Part shown: positions 28,830-40,545 of the stretch, in pieces | Position numbering within the stretch: position 1 is the stretch's first letter | Layout: the number at the start of each line of letters is the position of its first letter | Origin: Chrysomallon squamiferum | Lineage: Eukaryota; Animalia; Mollusca | Assembly: GCA_012295275.1 (NCBI GenBank) | Contig: CM022671.1 | Coordinates: 9,362,001-9,426,000, forward strand | Length of the DNA: 64,000 bases | Reading direction: 5' to 3' | Program-made: the position numbers and the translations under genes | The notes under the pieces: model-generated | Told to the model about the DNA's origin: nothing | Seen by the model: the letters and a program-made list of their open reading frames with translations, nothing else | Database searches by the model: none

Positions 28830-30181
28830 ATATGTTTTTCAGTTATTTCTTTCCTCTACTTTCCACCAGCATTATCGAATTCACTTTTTGTTTTCTTGGG
28901 CGCCATGTTGGATAGAGTATCATAAAACAATATACAGTATACCCTCACCTGTTCGCGGTTCCCCATTCGCGGCCCCGCATATTCGCGGGTTAGGCTCTTA
29001 ACCCTATCGCATCGTATGCTGGTATACCAGGCGAGCGTCATAACGTCATAAAAACAAATGCTCGGTAAACCGGGTTTTTGTAGGTCATAGAGACTTAAGT
29101 GCCTGAAGAATTAGAATAATTACCTAAAGTGCTGTAAAGCAGCAGCTAAGCTGTGCCATACTGTACATTAGTGTTATCATCATCATCGTATTGCACTGCA
29201 AATTTCATCATCATTTTATTATCATTCATTATTGGTGACAGCACAAACAATATCAAATTTTTTCAATTATTATTGCAATACAGTACGTATTTTTTTATAA
29301 ATGCATACACTGTATGTACAGTGCATATTTTTTGTGACCGTGTATTAATAATGTTTTTAATTGCATATTATTACTGAATTGTATTATTATTACCTGAATA
29401 GTGCGTACTGTATTTATCTGTCTGTTTGCCTTTAAATTTGTTCCACTTTCTGTCAATTCTAATACATATGTTGTACGCATAGAAAATGACTTTACGGTAC
29501 AGTAATACAGTATGGGTAACTATGCTATGCGGTGTTACTGTCCTCCTGTACTTACGTTTCTTTCTGATTAAAATATTGTTTCAGTACAAAATTAAAATGT
29601 GTTTACATTATCATTACATAACTGCATGCAATATTACTACATTATTACTGTATTAATGAGTAAGAGTGTCTTTAGAAAGTGTTTGGGAAGCATTTAGTAC
29701 CGTATATAATCTCATAATAGACGTTTTAAAACTGCATCCAATATTCGCGGTTTTTCGCTATTCGCGGGGGGATAAAGAACGTAACCCCCGCGAATAGCGA
29801 GGGAATACTGCATACGTAAAAGCAGCAATACTTTAAAAAACTTTAAAATCGGCCAGCGTACAATCTCAGTGCAAAAACTATTGAGCTGCAACTGCGTATC
29901 GAAGACTAAAGGCCCTAATTCATGATATATATTTGCTATAGGGCATGCCTATAATCCTTGTTTTGACCTCGGGTTTGTCGTAAGCATCTATTGTTATCTT
30001 TACTAGATGCTGACGTCAAAACCGAGGTCAAAAAATATAAAATAAAAAAAGCTTGTGGCGCGTCGCTATAGTTCGTAATTCGGGACATTATTCGTACACC
30101 CAGACAAAAATTGCCCATAGATCAGTGTTCGTAATCCGATTTCTTCGTACTTCGAGGCGTTCGTAACCCGAGGTTCCACTG
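28830..30181 (-). mobile_element. Truncated Tigger/pogo-type element (5' end), interrupted by a second element
   Basis: RC of the right edge is TA|CAGTGGAACCTCGGGTTACGAAC with repeated TACGAA subterminal motifs; past the insert, ATG at 28906 reads MAPKKTKSEFDNAGGK*RKEIT, like a Tigger transposase N-terminus. Confidence 0.6.
28935..29810. mobile_element. Non-autonomous Tigger/pogo-type MITE (876 bp)
   Basis: Left end TA|CAGTATACCCTCACCTGTTCGCGG; RC of right end CAGTATTCCCTCGCTATTCGCGG; multiple subterminal TTCGCGG motifs at both ends; right flank is CA rather than TA. Confidence 0.85.
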
Positions 30182-30978
30182 TATATAAAATTAAGATATT
30201 ATTCAGAAGAAACAAATGTAACAAGGATGCAGACAATAAAATATATTTTTATGGTGATTTTGTTTATTAATATAACTATTGTTTCAAAAGAAATCGTATT
30301 TCATTAATTTAATTAAATTATTTCTTTTATTAATTCCATTATTTTTAATTTGAAGAGCTAATATTCTATTCATTTCCGGTTTTGAATGAATTAATTTTAT
30401 CATGTGTCTAACATAAAAACAGTTTTTAAAGGCTATACGCGTTTGTACATAATATCGTACCAGAAGATTTTATATAAAACTGTTAAAACAGAATATTTAA
30501 TATTTTTTTTCTCACAGTTTAATAACTATAATTTCATTGAATAATGTCAGGCTATATTTTTATAAAAAATAAAAATTACAAAAAAAATAAAAAATAGAAT
30601 TATTTTTCTATTTTAAGAACAGTGTCAAAAGCGTTATGATCATTAACGCTGGACGCTATAATCTTAACTTCAAACTCTTTTTTGATCATTTCTATGAATT
30701 TCCTTGATATAAATATTGTGGAAGACTATATAAGTGCATTTTAAGTGCAATTGACAATATTAGCGCAATAATTATAGCTATTTTTATCTGCTAGTAATAA
30801 ATAAGAAATTTGGAAAAAATGTTCTCATTGCTGTATGAAATCTGGACATATTTGTTACGAGAAGTATTTTAGATATTTACATATTTCATAAATTGCCATA
30901 AATTTCTTATAACGTTTATTGGTTTTGCTTAAAATGAAAAATAATTTGAAAGTAAACAAAAGAAACATAGATAGATAC

Positions 30979-31015
<37 letters not shown>

Positions 31016-31458
31016 ACAGATAGATAGACAGGTTCATATACATAAATATTTGTCCTAAGAAACTGTCTCACACGCTGAATTTGCTTTAGTCTTTTCTTCC
31101 TAATTGTTATTAGTGATGACTACATTATTTCAACTATTTGAAACAGCTTCTTCAAATTATCAAATTATATTGCTCTTGTCTATTTGGTTGGTTTTATAAT
31201 GACAGCTGATTTGTGTACACTTCGTAAGAGATAACCTATGCAAGAGTTATGTCCCTTGATGTAAGATTGACACATGGATTCCACCGATACATGAACTGAC
31301 GCAAAATTCATACTTATCACACAACATTTTATACTCTGAATTTACTCTTTCATATTTATTGTTACATATTTATAAATACTTGTTTTATTAAATATAAATA
31401 TGTGGTGTTGCATGTCATATATAATAAATTGTGTGTGGTGTGTCTTAATGGTTTAATA

Positions 31459-31548
31459 AAATCCTTTATACTGCTAAATTAGTATTTAAAGAATAATTCA
31501 TAGATTCGAATTATTCTTTAAATACTAATTTAGCAGTATAAAGGATTT
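31459..31548. repeat. Perfect 41-bp inverted repeat with an 8-nt spacer
   Basis: aaatcctttatactgctaaattagtatttaaagaataattc - atagattc - gaattattctttaaatactaatttagcagtataaaggattt. Confidence 0.97.
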
Positions 31549-31747
31549 CTACTCCAAGTTTGATATTTAAGCAGAGAAAACTTTAATGTCATCAGTTTTG
31601 TAATCTTCCTCATTCCTATTCTGATTACTTACAAAATAAATAAATAAAACACACTGAAAGATAAAACAATGTCCATTATATTACATAATTGTCTTCACAA
31701 ATTCTTTTACTGTTACTCGGTTTTAAAATTTCCCTAAAAATAAAATA

Positions 31748-31795
<48 letters not shown>

Positions 31796-32070
31796 GTAAA
31801 TAAGTAAATAAGTTAATAAATAAATAATCATTAGAAATTAACAACAAGAATAATAATCTTTTCTTTCATTATTTTATATATTTGTTGTTTTGACCGGAAG
31901 CTTTTCCCCGAGTTTCACATTCACTCGTCAATGGCGATCTAATTCTGGCCGATGCACGTGAAACTCGTGGAAAAGATTGCAGTGATGAACAGAGTTGTTA
32001 GCTTATGGTAAGTTCTCATAGGATTAGCCTGCTTGGGAGCTTTACAATAATGGTAGATGGTATTTCTATG

Positions 32071-32452
32071 TTATGTGAGAGATGTTCACTGATGTATTTA
32101 GAGTTACCGCCCTTGTGTGAGAGATGTTCACCGATAAATTTAGAGTTACCTCCCTTGTGTGAGAGATGTTCACCGATAAATTTAGAGTTACCTCCCTTGT
32201 GTGAGAGATGTTCACCGATAAATTTAGAATTACAGGGCCTTGTGTGAGAGATGTTCACCGATAAATTTAGAGTTACCGCCCTTATGTGAGAGATGTTCAC
32301 TGATATTTAGAATTAACGCCCTTGTGTGAGAGATGTTGACCGATACATTTAGAGTTATCGTCCTTGTGTGAGAGATGTTCACTGATATATTTGGAGTTGC
32401 CGTCTTGTGTGAGATATGTTCACTCATATATTTAGTTATCGCCCGTGTGTGA
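32071..32452. repeat. 42-bp minisatellite, ~9 copies
   Basis: Unit ttgtgtgagagatgttcaccgataaatttagagttaccgccc; explains the repetitive ORFs at 32005-32466. Confidence 0.95.
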
Positions 32453-32729
32453 AAAAACAACAACAACCAAAAAGCACAAAAGACAAAATTCTCATTTAAA
32501 CATCAACACACATAAAGTACACACACTACACACATGAAACACCGGTCATAAAACACAGACAACAGCAGGACAGAGCACACAAAAAGCAGATAAAAATATC
32601 ACCAGATAAAAAACACAGACAGCAACACACAGGGTACACAAAACTGAAACACAGACAACATCAGCCACAAACATGCCAGAACATACAAACATTAAAAAAA
32701 TGGATGCATTACACATACAGGACAAGGAA

Positions 32730-32856
32730 GGCGTATCTGAAGCTCGCTCGTAACACGGAGTTTGACTCGCTAATCAAAGCAAAAAATCGACCGGGCGGCT
32801 GCTCGTAACTCGGAAAACTTTTAAGTGGGGAAAACTCGTATCTCGAAGTACCACTG
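32730..32856. mobile_element. Tigger/pogo-type terminal fragment
   Basis: Ends ...actcgtatctcgaagtaccactg|ta (RC CAGTGGTACTTCGAGATACGAG) with repeated ctcgtaac subterminal motifs. Confidence 0.65.
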
Positions 32857-32916
32857 TATTTTATAACGTGTGATAACGTTAGAGACAAGACAAATTAAAA
32901 GTTTAGTTAACGTACA

Positions 32917-32987
32917 GCATCGGTGGTCTAGTGGTAGAATACTCGCCTGCCACGCGGGTGACCCGGGTTCGATTCCCGGTCGATGCA
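32917..32987 (+). tRNA. tRNA-Gly(GCC)
   Basis: GCATCGGTGGTCTAGTGGTAGAATACTCGCCT-GCC-ACGCGGGTGACCCGGGTTCGATTCCCGGTCGATGCA, 71 nt; acceptor, anticodon and T stems pair; A box and B box present; TTTT terminator at 32990-32993. Confidence 0.92.
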
Positions 32988-35379
32988 CCTTTTGTTAAAC
33001 TTTTACGACGGTAAAAGAATGATTCTAAAATATATATTTTTTTATTATGTTGCTGTTAAGCTTTTACACTTGAAGTATTTTTCAAATTATAACCAATCTG
33101 CACTGTTGCAAAAGATGTCTGTATATAGGTGAGCAATGTTTCACGACAACAGAATGTTCAGTACCGGTAACACCTATATCATGCAACAGAAACAACAGAC
33201 ACACCAGCAATAGTAAAATACTGTGTCCACTAAACAATTCTTCTTGTCTCTTTAGATTGTTCTCGTTCCAATAGACAGAATTCGTATCTATAATTTAAGT
33301 GATCCCCACATATCTTGGCAAAAGCTTTGTGGTAAAATAAAAAATTAGAAATGTAAAATATGACAGGCTTATTAAACGTTTTGTGAAAATGTTTTGGGGA
33401 AAACTTTGTGGTAAAATAAAAATTATTTTATAAATTGGCAGTTAACAATAGCTGGATTTTATACACCTTGTATATCGTCAATGGTAACAGTCCCCCAGTC
33501 ATATGAACCTAAAGATCTTTCCTGAAAACTGTTTCATGAATAAAATTTTGTTTGGCAATTATGTAGTTGAATTTTGTTTTGCCATATCACTAACAAATTT
33601 CTGAGAACATGGGAAAACAGTTTGGAAATTGACATTCTTCATTTTCATGAAATAAAAATTGTGCAAAAATGCTGTAATGGTTTTTACAGATGATGCTTTT
33701 GAAAAATCGTTCTGAACGAATGTACTAGGTATGATTCTCACAAGAATGGTTGATGCCTGATGAACACTTGTAATCTGGGTATTAATATTTTACAGAGCTA
33801 AAACATAAAATAGAAACATTATTAAATGATCCTTATAACTGACATTTAAATTCTTCATAGAAGTTTCTGTCAAATTATCAAATAGACATAATATGTAAGA
33901 ATTACAAATCTTGAAAGTTAAATATAGTAAAATAAACAAATGATAAATTCAGTTATATACTTTATTCAGATATTTATTGTTTTATAATATAATAGGAGTA
34001 CACCATTTTAAAAAAAAAACAGGATGACTAGTAATAGCCATATATTAAAAATACTACATTAAAACATCCACTCACTTTATACATTTACAACCACAATTTT
34101 GATTGAAGAATTACAACAAAATTAGCACTAACAAAATGCTAACAATAAAAAATATTAGCATAAAACAACAATGATGTAAAACAAAAACATGGGGAGTTAA
34201 AATAATAAAATTGACATTATGTGTACAGCAATGAATAACAACAGCAATATCATCATTTAATTTTTTTTTTTTAAATTTTTAAATGCTAACACTAAAAAGT
34301 ATCATATAAATACAGATTGTAAAATAAACTCTTACTGATTTCAGACTTCATTTTTCATTGCACTGTAATGATAATGGAGAGAAAAAGCTGTTGCTCCATA
34401 AGCTACTCTAAACATAACATAACATAACATTACAGCCTTCCCACAGACTTATAAGACATCAGTTAAGGCACTCTTTAATGAATGATGTAAGAAACAGTCA
34501 GTAAAAAGAGGAGTTTGGTGTTGTGATTTATTAATTTTAAAAAGACAGAAAATTACACCAGAGATAAAACTGAATTCTAAAATACATATCTTGAATAATG
34601 TACTTTAATCTGTATTCTGTGAAAACTAAGGCACAATTAGTGAATTCCCACAATAAGGAATTAAAAGAGTCCAAGAATAAAATATCATTAAAGCATCAAT
34701 GTTATGAGACTGAGTCATAAAAAAAAAAAAAAAAAAAAAAAAAAATTAAACATATTAAATAAAGAACAAGCAGAAAGCCGTAACCACATACTTTATAAAG
34801 ATGTTATTAGAAAGTAGGAAATAAGATGGCCACAAATCTGCTTGTAAGTGTTGCTGACTTGAGTTGCTCATGGATTGACAGCTCTGAGTTTTTAATTAAA
34901 AAACAAATTCAGATAAATAATATGCATTCATGTTTCTGGAATACATTTAAAATAAAGTATTCTCAAGTCTATAGGAATGGCTTAAATTATCATTAACATT
35001 TAAATTTGAAAACGAAATAAAAGTTAAAACTGAAAAGGTTTCTTTTTATTACTGTTTTCCATATGGAAAAGCAGAACTTTTAAGTATTTATATAAATATT
35101 TTTAATTCTAATTTAAACATATAATTAAAAAATGATCACAGATTTTAAAACTAACTAAAAATAAATAAAATGTTAAAAGATTTGTGATTAAAACATTTAT
35201 AACAAATATGTGAACTTTTAAGTTTTGATTCAGTAATTCACAATACAATAAATATTAATTCTGTGTCTGTGTTTCTGAAATATAGGAATTGTTATTATTA
35301 ATGTACAGCTGTACTTGATATGTTTGTTATACACTGCAGTCCAAAATAAAAAAATAAATCAATAAATAAAATGATCCAG

Positions 35380-37292
35380 TTCAAAAACACACATAAAAAT
35401 ATCACCAGATAAAATACACACACAGCATCAGAACAGGGTACACAAAACTGAAACACAGACAACTTCAGACAGAAATGTGCAAGAACAACAAACATACAAA
35501 AATGCATACGTTACAAATATCATACAAGCACAATGACAAAAATCATTACAGCACAACATTCAAAACAACATACACAGGACACATACCACATCAGACAAAA
35601 CACAAAATTTTCATCTAATGCACAAACACATCAACACACATACAGTACAAACACTACACACCATATTGGACATAAAACACATACACAGGGTACACAGCAC
35701 AGGGTACACAAAACGCTGATCAACATATCATTGGATGAAGAACACATACACCAACAGCAGAGGGGAGACAAAAGTGAAACACAGAGTAGATCAGACAGAC
35801 AGATAGAAAAATACATACATTAAACATATCAGACACGATAATGAAAAAAATCATTTCAGCACAACATTCAAAACAACACACAGAGGACACATTCCAAATC
35901 ACATAAAAAAGATAATTATCGCTTAAGGCAAACACACATCAATACACATTCAGTACAAATACTGTGTCATAAAACACAGACAGCAGCAGCTCAGGGAACA
36001 CAAAACACAGATAAAAATATCACTGGATGATGAACACATACGGCAACAGCACATGGTACACAAAACTGAAACAAAGACAAAATCAGAGAGACACATACAA
36101 AAATGAATACATTATACATACCAAACAGGACAATGAACAAAATTGATTAAAGCACAGCATTCACAACAACAAACACAGGACACATACCACATCAGACAAA
36201 CCATACAAACACAGATACAGTACAAACACACTACACACTAAACCGGACATAAAACACAGACACCATAAGCACAGAGCACACAAAACAAAGAATATCATGA
36301 GATAAAATACAAAACCAGCAACAGCACAGGGTACCTAAAACTGAAACACAGACAACATCGGACAGAAACATGCAAGAACAACAAACACACAAAAATGCAA
36401 ATGTTACACATACTGTACAGAACAATGACAAAAGTCAATACAGCAGAACATTTAAGACAACATACACAGGACACTTACCACATAAGACAAAACAAAAAAT
36501 TCTCATTATAGTGCACAAACATCAACACACATATAGCCACTATATATCAAAACACATACTGTACACATACTACACACCATACCGGACATAAAACACAGAC
36601 AACATCAGACAGAAACATGCATGTGCAACAAATATACAAAAATGCATACATTATGCATATTGTACAGAACAATGACAAAAGTCATTACAGCAGAACATTA
36701 AAAACTACACACACAGGTCATGTACCACATAACACGAAGCAGAACATTCTCATTTACAGCACACACATATCAAGACATGTACAGTACACACACTACTCAC
36801 CATACGAGACATAAAACACAGACAGGAACAGCACAGGGTGTAAAAAACTGAAACACAGACAACATCAGAAAGAAAAGTGCAAGTACAGCAAACATACAAA
36901 ATGACATACACTACACATAGACACTATAATGAAACAAAATCATTACAGCACAACATTCAAAACAACACACACAGGATACATACCACATCAGACAAAACAC
37001 AAAATTATCATCTAAAGCACACACAAACCAACAGAAATATAGAACACACACTACACACCATACCGGACATAAAACAGAGACAACATCAGGCAGAAACATT
37101 CAAGTACAACAAATATAGAAAAATGCATAGATTACAAATATTGTACAGAACAATGACAAAAGTCATTACAGCAGAACATTAAAAACTACACACACAGGTC
37201 ACTTACCACATAACACGAAACTAAAAATTCTCATTTATAGCACACACACATTAAGACACGTACAGTACACACACTACTCACCATACCGGACG
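35380..37292. repeat. Degenerate A/C-rich tandem array with ~230-330-bp units (about 7 units)
   Basis: Recurrent cacaaaactgaaacacagacaacatcagacagaaacatgcaag and aatgacaaaagtcattacagcagaacatt blocks; an orphan unit lies at 32470-32725. Confidence 0.85.
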
Positions 37293-37359
37293 TATGTAGA
37301 CAGTATTTTCAAATTACTCGCGATGAATGCTATGACTGACTGAGACAAAATACTCGCGT

Positions 37360-37626
37360 TTTCTTTTCTCTCTTAGAGTTACCATTCAGTCTGCAATGCT
37401 TCAATAAAGCTGTGAGTTTGTTCTGAATAATGCTGTAAACAAACAATAAAAGATATAAGCAGACACCCATAACCCACACACACAGACACACATTCAAATG
37501 TACTGTATAAAAATGCAGAAGAAATTACAAATTACCTGCTGCTTAAATAGAAAAAAAACTAATGAAAAACCCACACAAGTTGTCTCTGCTTTGTAGTGCT
37601 TTGTAGACCTGCCATATCCTTTTCAG
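37360..37626 (-). mobile_element. Second Sola-type transposase remnant (two small exons)
   Basis: tttacag|C ATT ATT CAG AAC AAA CTC ACA GCT TTA TTG AAG CAT = IIQNKLTALLKHCRLNG, homologous to the exon start at 46709 (SQNKLTALLKHY); an upstream exon at 37536-37626 has AG/GT ends. Confidence 0.6.
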
Positions 37627-39097
37627 CTGCAAAACAAAAAAATCTAAATTCTTATAATACTGATACAGTGGTAAATTATTTGCAATAATTGTCCTAATCT
37701 AGATGGAGAAATATATATATATAAATCATTTTAATGAGTGTTGTTTATCCAGATAAAATATATTACAATTTTCGTTTAACATTTAAAACTTTCTGATTTC
37801 CAAATTTAATTCTTAAGTCTCTAACATGAATAAATAATATTACTCCAGAAAAACTTACTTTTTTTTCTTCTTCTTATGAATATCTATTACTGACATTTTC
37901 AACTTCAGACAAATGTCTTTCAAGCTGATGATTATGCACATTATGTCAGTAAGTACAAGGAAGGCAATCAATCTTTCTTTTTAGTATTTTTTCATTATTA
38001 TTTATTTATTTTATTTTTTATTTTTATTTTTTTTTTATTTTTTATTTTTATTTTTATTTTTATTTTTATTTTTATTTTTATTTTTATTTTTATTTTTATT
38101 TTTATTTTTTTTTTTTTTTATTCCAGGTAAGTAACCCTACCGGAATTGAAAAGGAAAAACAATATCAAATACAAGGTTATAGAGGTATCTCCCATGAAAA
38201 CTTGTTCTGTTAACCAACCAATAATTCTTTAACGTAAAGATCTAAAAGTTAGCTAGATTTGTTGGTTGGCTTTAATTTAGCCAATTAAAGGAAAAGCAAT
38301 AGCAAACACTTTGTTACAGTGTTATCGCCTAACTTGTTCTTTTAACCAACCGATAATCCTTTAACATACGGGTTGGAAATGTTCATTACAGCATTAGTGT
38401 TTATAAATAGATTGTTTATGTGAAATAAATATTTGCGATAAAAAATATTAATAGTGGCTCTTGTGTTATATCTTATAGAAAAAACAGGTCACCCAAATAA
38501 TATTTTTTGGGCAACTAGCTATAATGTTTTTTACATCCCAGTCACCTAAATGGAACTTTGGTCACATTTGGCCATTTCGAGTCCTGCAAAATTATATCTC
38601 ACATTAAGAAATCTGTGTGTAATATAAACTGTTATTTTAATACTGTTTAACTATTTCAATCAGAAGATGTAACTAATTGCATCTCAGAAAAATGTCCACA
38701 GATCTTGGATTCAAAAGATATAGTCACTACTGAGCCACCACATTTAACATCTACCATAACAAACAACATAGATCATAGATCCCACTGTAATAGCCATAAC
38801 CCAGCTTTAAATCCTTGTAAATGTCTCCCCGATAATGAGAATCAGTTTTGTAAACCGTAAGTGAGAATGTTGATCGAGTGATCACTTCTCCCCATCCATT
38901 TACTTCTGGTCATTTTACTGAGACAGAGTGGGATGTGAATATGACAGCTGATGCAGAATGAGAGACATCGTCACAAGATGTAAATGCTGCTCCTGTAAAA
39001 CGCTCATCTAGGTCACGTGCTGGTCAGCACAGTAATCTTCATAACCTACCCCTCTCTGCACTTGTTCTGGAAAGTATGGCAACATTTTAAGTTGAGA

Positions 39098-39567
39098 AAT
39101 TTTTAGAATAGAGAAATAATAGCCATTGGCTCCTATTCTATAAAGCTTAGATTATGTAATGTTTTAAAGTATTTAATGTGGAGTAAATGCTAGCAAGATA
39201 TATTAACATGACTGCTTTAGAATTTTTAGAATAGAGAAATAATAGCCATTGGCTCCTATTCTATAAAGCTTAGATTATGTAATGTTTTAAAGTATTTAAT
39301 GTGGAGTAAATGCTAGCAAGATATATTAACATGACTGCTTTAGAATTTTTAGAATAGAGAAATAATAGCCATTGGCTCCTATTCTATAAAGCTTAGATTA
39401 TGTAATGTTTTAAAGTATTTAATGTGGAGTAAATGCTAGCAAGATATATTAACATGACCATATATGATAGCCATTGGCTCCTATACTATAAAGCTTAGAT
39501 TATGTAATGTTTTAAAGTATTTAATGTGGAGTAAATGCTAGCAAGATATATTAACATGACCATATAT
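39098..39567. repeat. 123-bp tandem repeat (3 near-identical copies plus a shorter fourth)
   Basis: agccattggctcctat at 39121, 39244, 39367 and 39469. Confidence 0.97.
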
Positions 39568-39574
39568 GGTAACT

Positions 39575-40545
39575 GCTGAAGGGCGTTTTCGGAGGATCCA
39601 TTAATCCCGTACAAAGGCTTAGTGAATACATCTCACGTAAGGGACATAACTCTAACCTAAGTTTGTGAGTACATCTCACGTAAGGGAAATAACTCTAATC
39701 GATACAATTTTTTCTTCGCAATGTATGTAGGCGTACAGCATTTTTGGAGGTTCCATTTATCCCGTACGAATAATTACCATACGTAAGATTAGTGAGTACA
39801 TTTCATGTAAGGGACTCTAATCTATTATTTGTGAACACATATCACTAAAGGGAGATAACTCAAATTGATATAATTTTTACTTCTCGCAGTAAACTCCTCC
39901 CACATCTGGTGACCCATTTTATACATAAACGTGACCCGTATTATACATAAACAAAGTGATTTTTTCCACAATTGTGGATCGAATCTCGGTGGTGCAGCAT
40001 TTTTAGAGGTTCCATTTATCCTGTACGGATAATTAGTGTATGTAAGTTTACTGAGTAGATCTCACTTAAGGGACATAACTCTGATCTATGTTTGTGAACA
40101 TATATCACTAAAGGGAGATAACTCTAATCGATGTAATTCTTACTTTGCTCTATGAGTACATCTCAAGTAAGGGACATAACTAATATATGTTTGTGGACAC
40201 ATATCACTAAAGGGAGATAAGTCTAATCGTTATAATTTTTACTTGGTGGAGTAAACTCTTCCCACTTCCAGTGACACGTCATGGATTACGTCATAATATA
40301 TATAAAGAATGTGATTTTTCCACACTCTTTCATAGATGAATCTGGAATCAGAAAGTACTGCTGTGGAATCTCCAAAAATGCCGTACCGCCGAGATTCGAT
40401 AACAGGATCTCATACACATGAACATGCTGACAAAAAAATTTAAAGTTTCAGCTTGGTTCTGTGTGAGGGCTGGGCAGACAGCCAGCGTGCGGGGGAGTAG
40501 GGCAGGGGGACATGCGTATGCACCTCATCACCTGGTGCCCGGATT
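39575..40545. repeat. Interspersed repeat with an internal array of AAGGGA(C/G)ATAACTCT-containing units
   Basis: About 8 copies of gtgagtacatctcacgtaagggacataactct-like units and 3 copies of ggaggttccatttatcccgtac-like blocks; ends in a GC-rich tract at 40460-40545. Confidence 0.7.

Noticed and set aside
28998-29040. TTAACCCT piggyBac-like start inside the Tigger MITE
   Set aside because: No matching AGGGTTAA end found
32005-32466. Repeat-peptide ORFs (LELPPLCERCSPIN; HLSHKGGNSKFIGE)
   Set aside because: The 42-bp period is a multiple of 3, so repeats appear on both strands; no splice or gene context
33440-33800. Exon-like block on the minus strand (60-aa ORF 33559-33741)
   Set aside because: All frames contain stops and I recognise no motif; may be a decayed exon but cannot be assigned
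35298-37182. His/Thr/Gln-rich and Cys/Val-rich ORFs
   Set aside because: Products of the A/C-rich tandem array
38650-38995. Exon-like block with acceptor ttttacag on the minus strand
   Set aside because: Stops in every frame and no identifiable family; possibly part of the nearby transposase remnant
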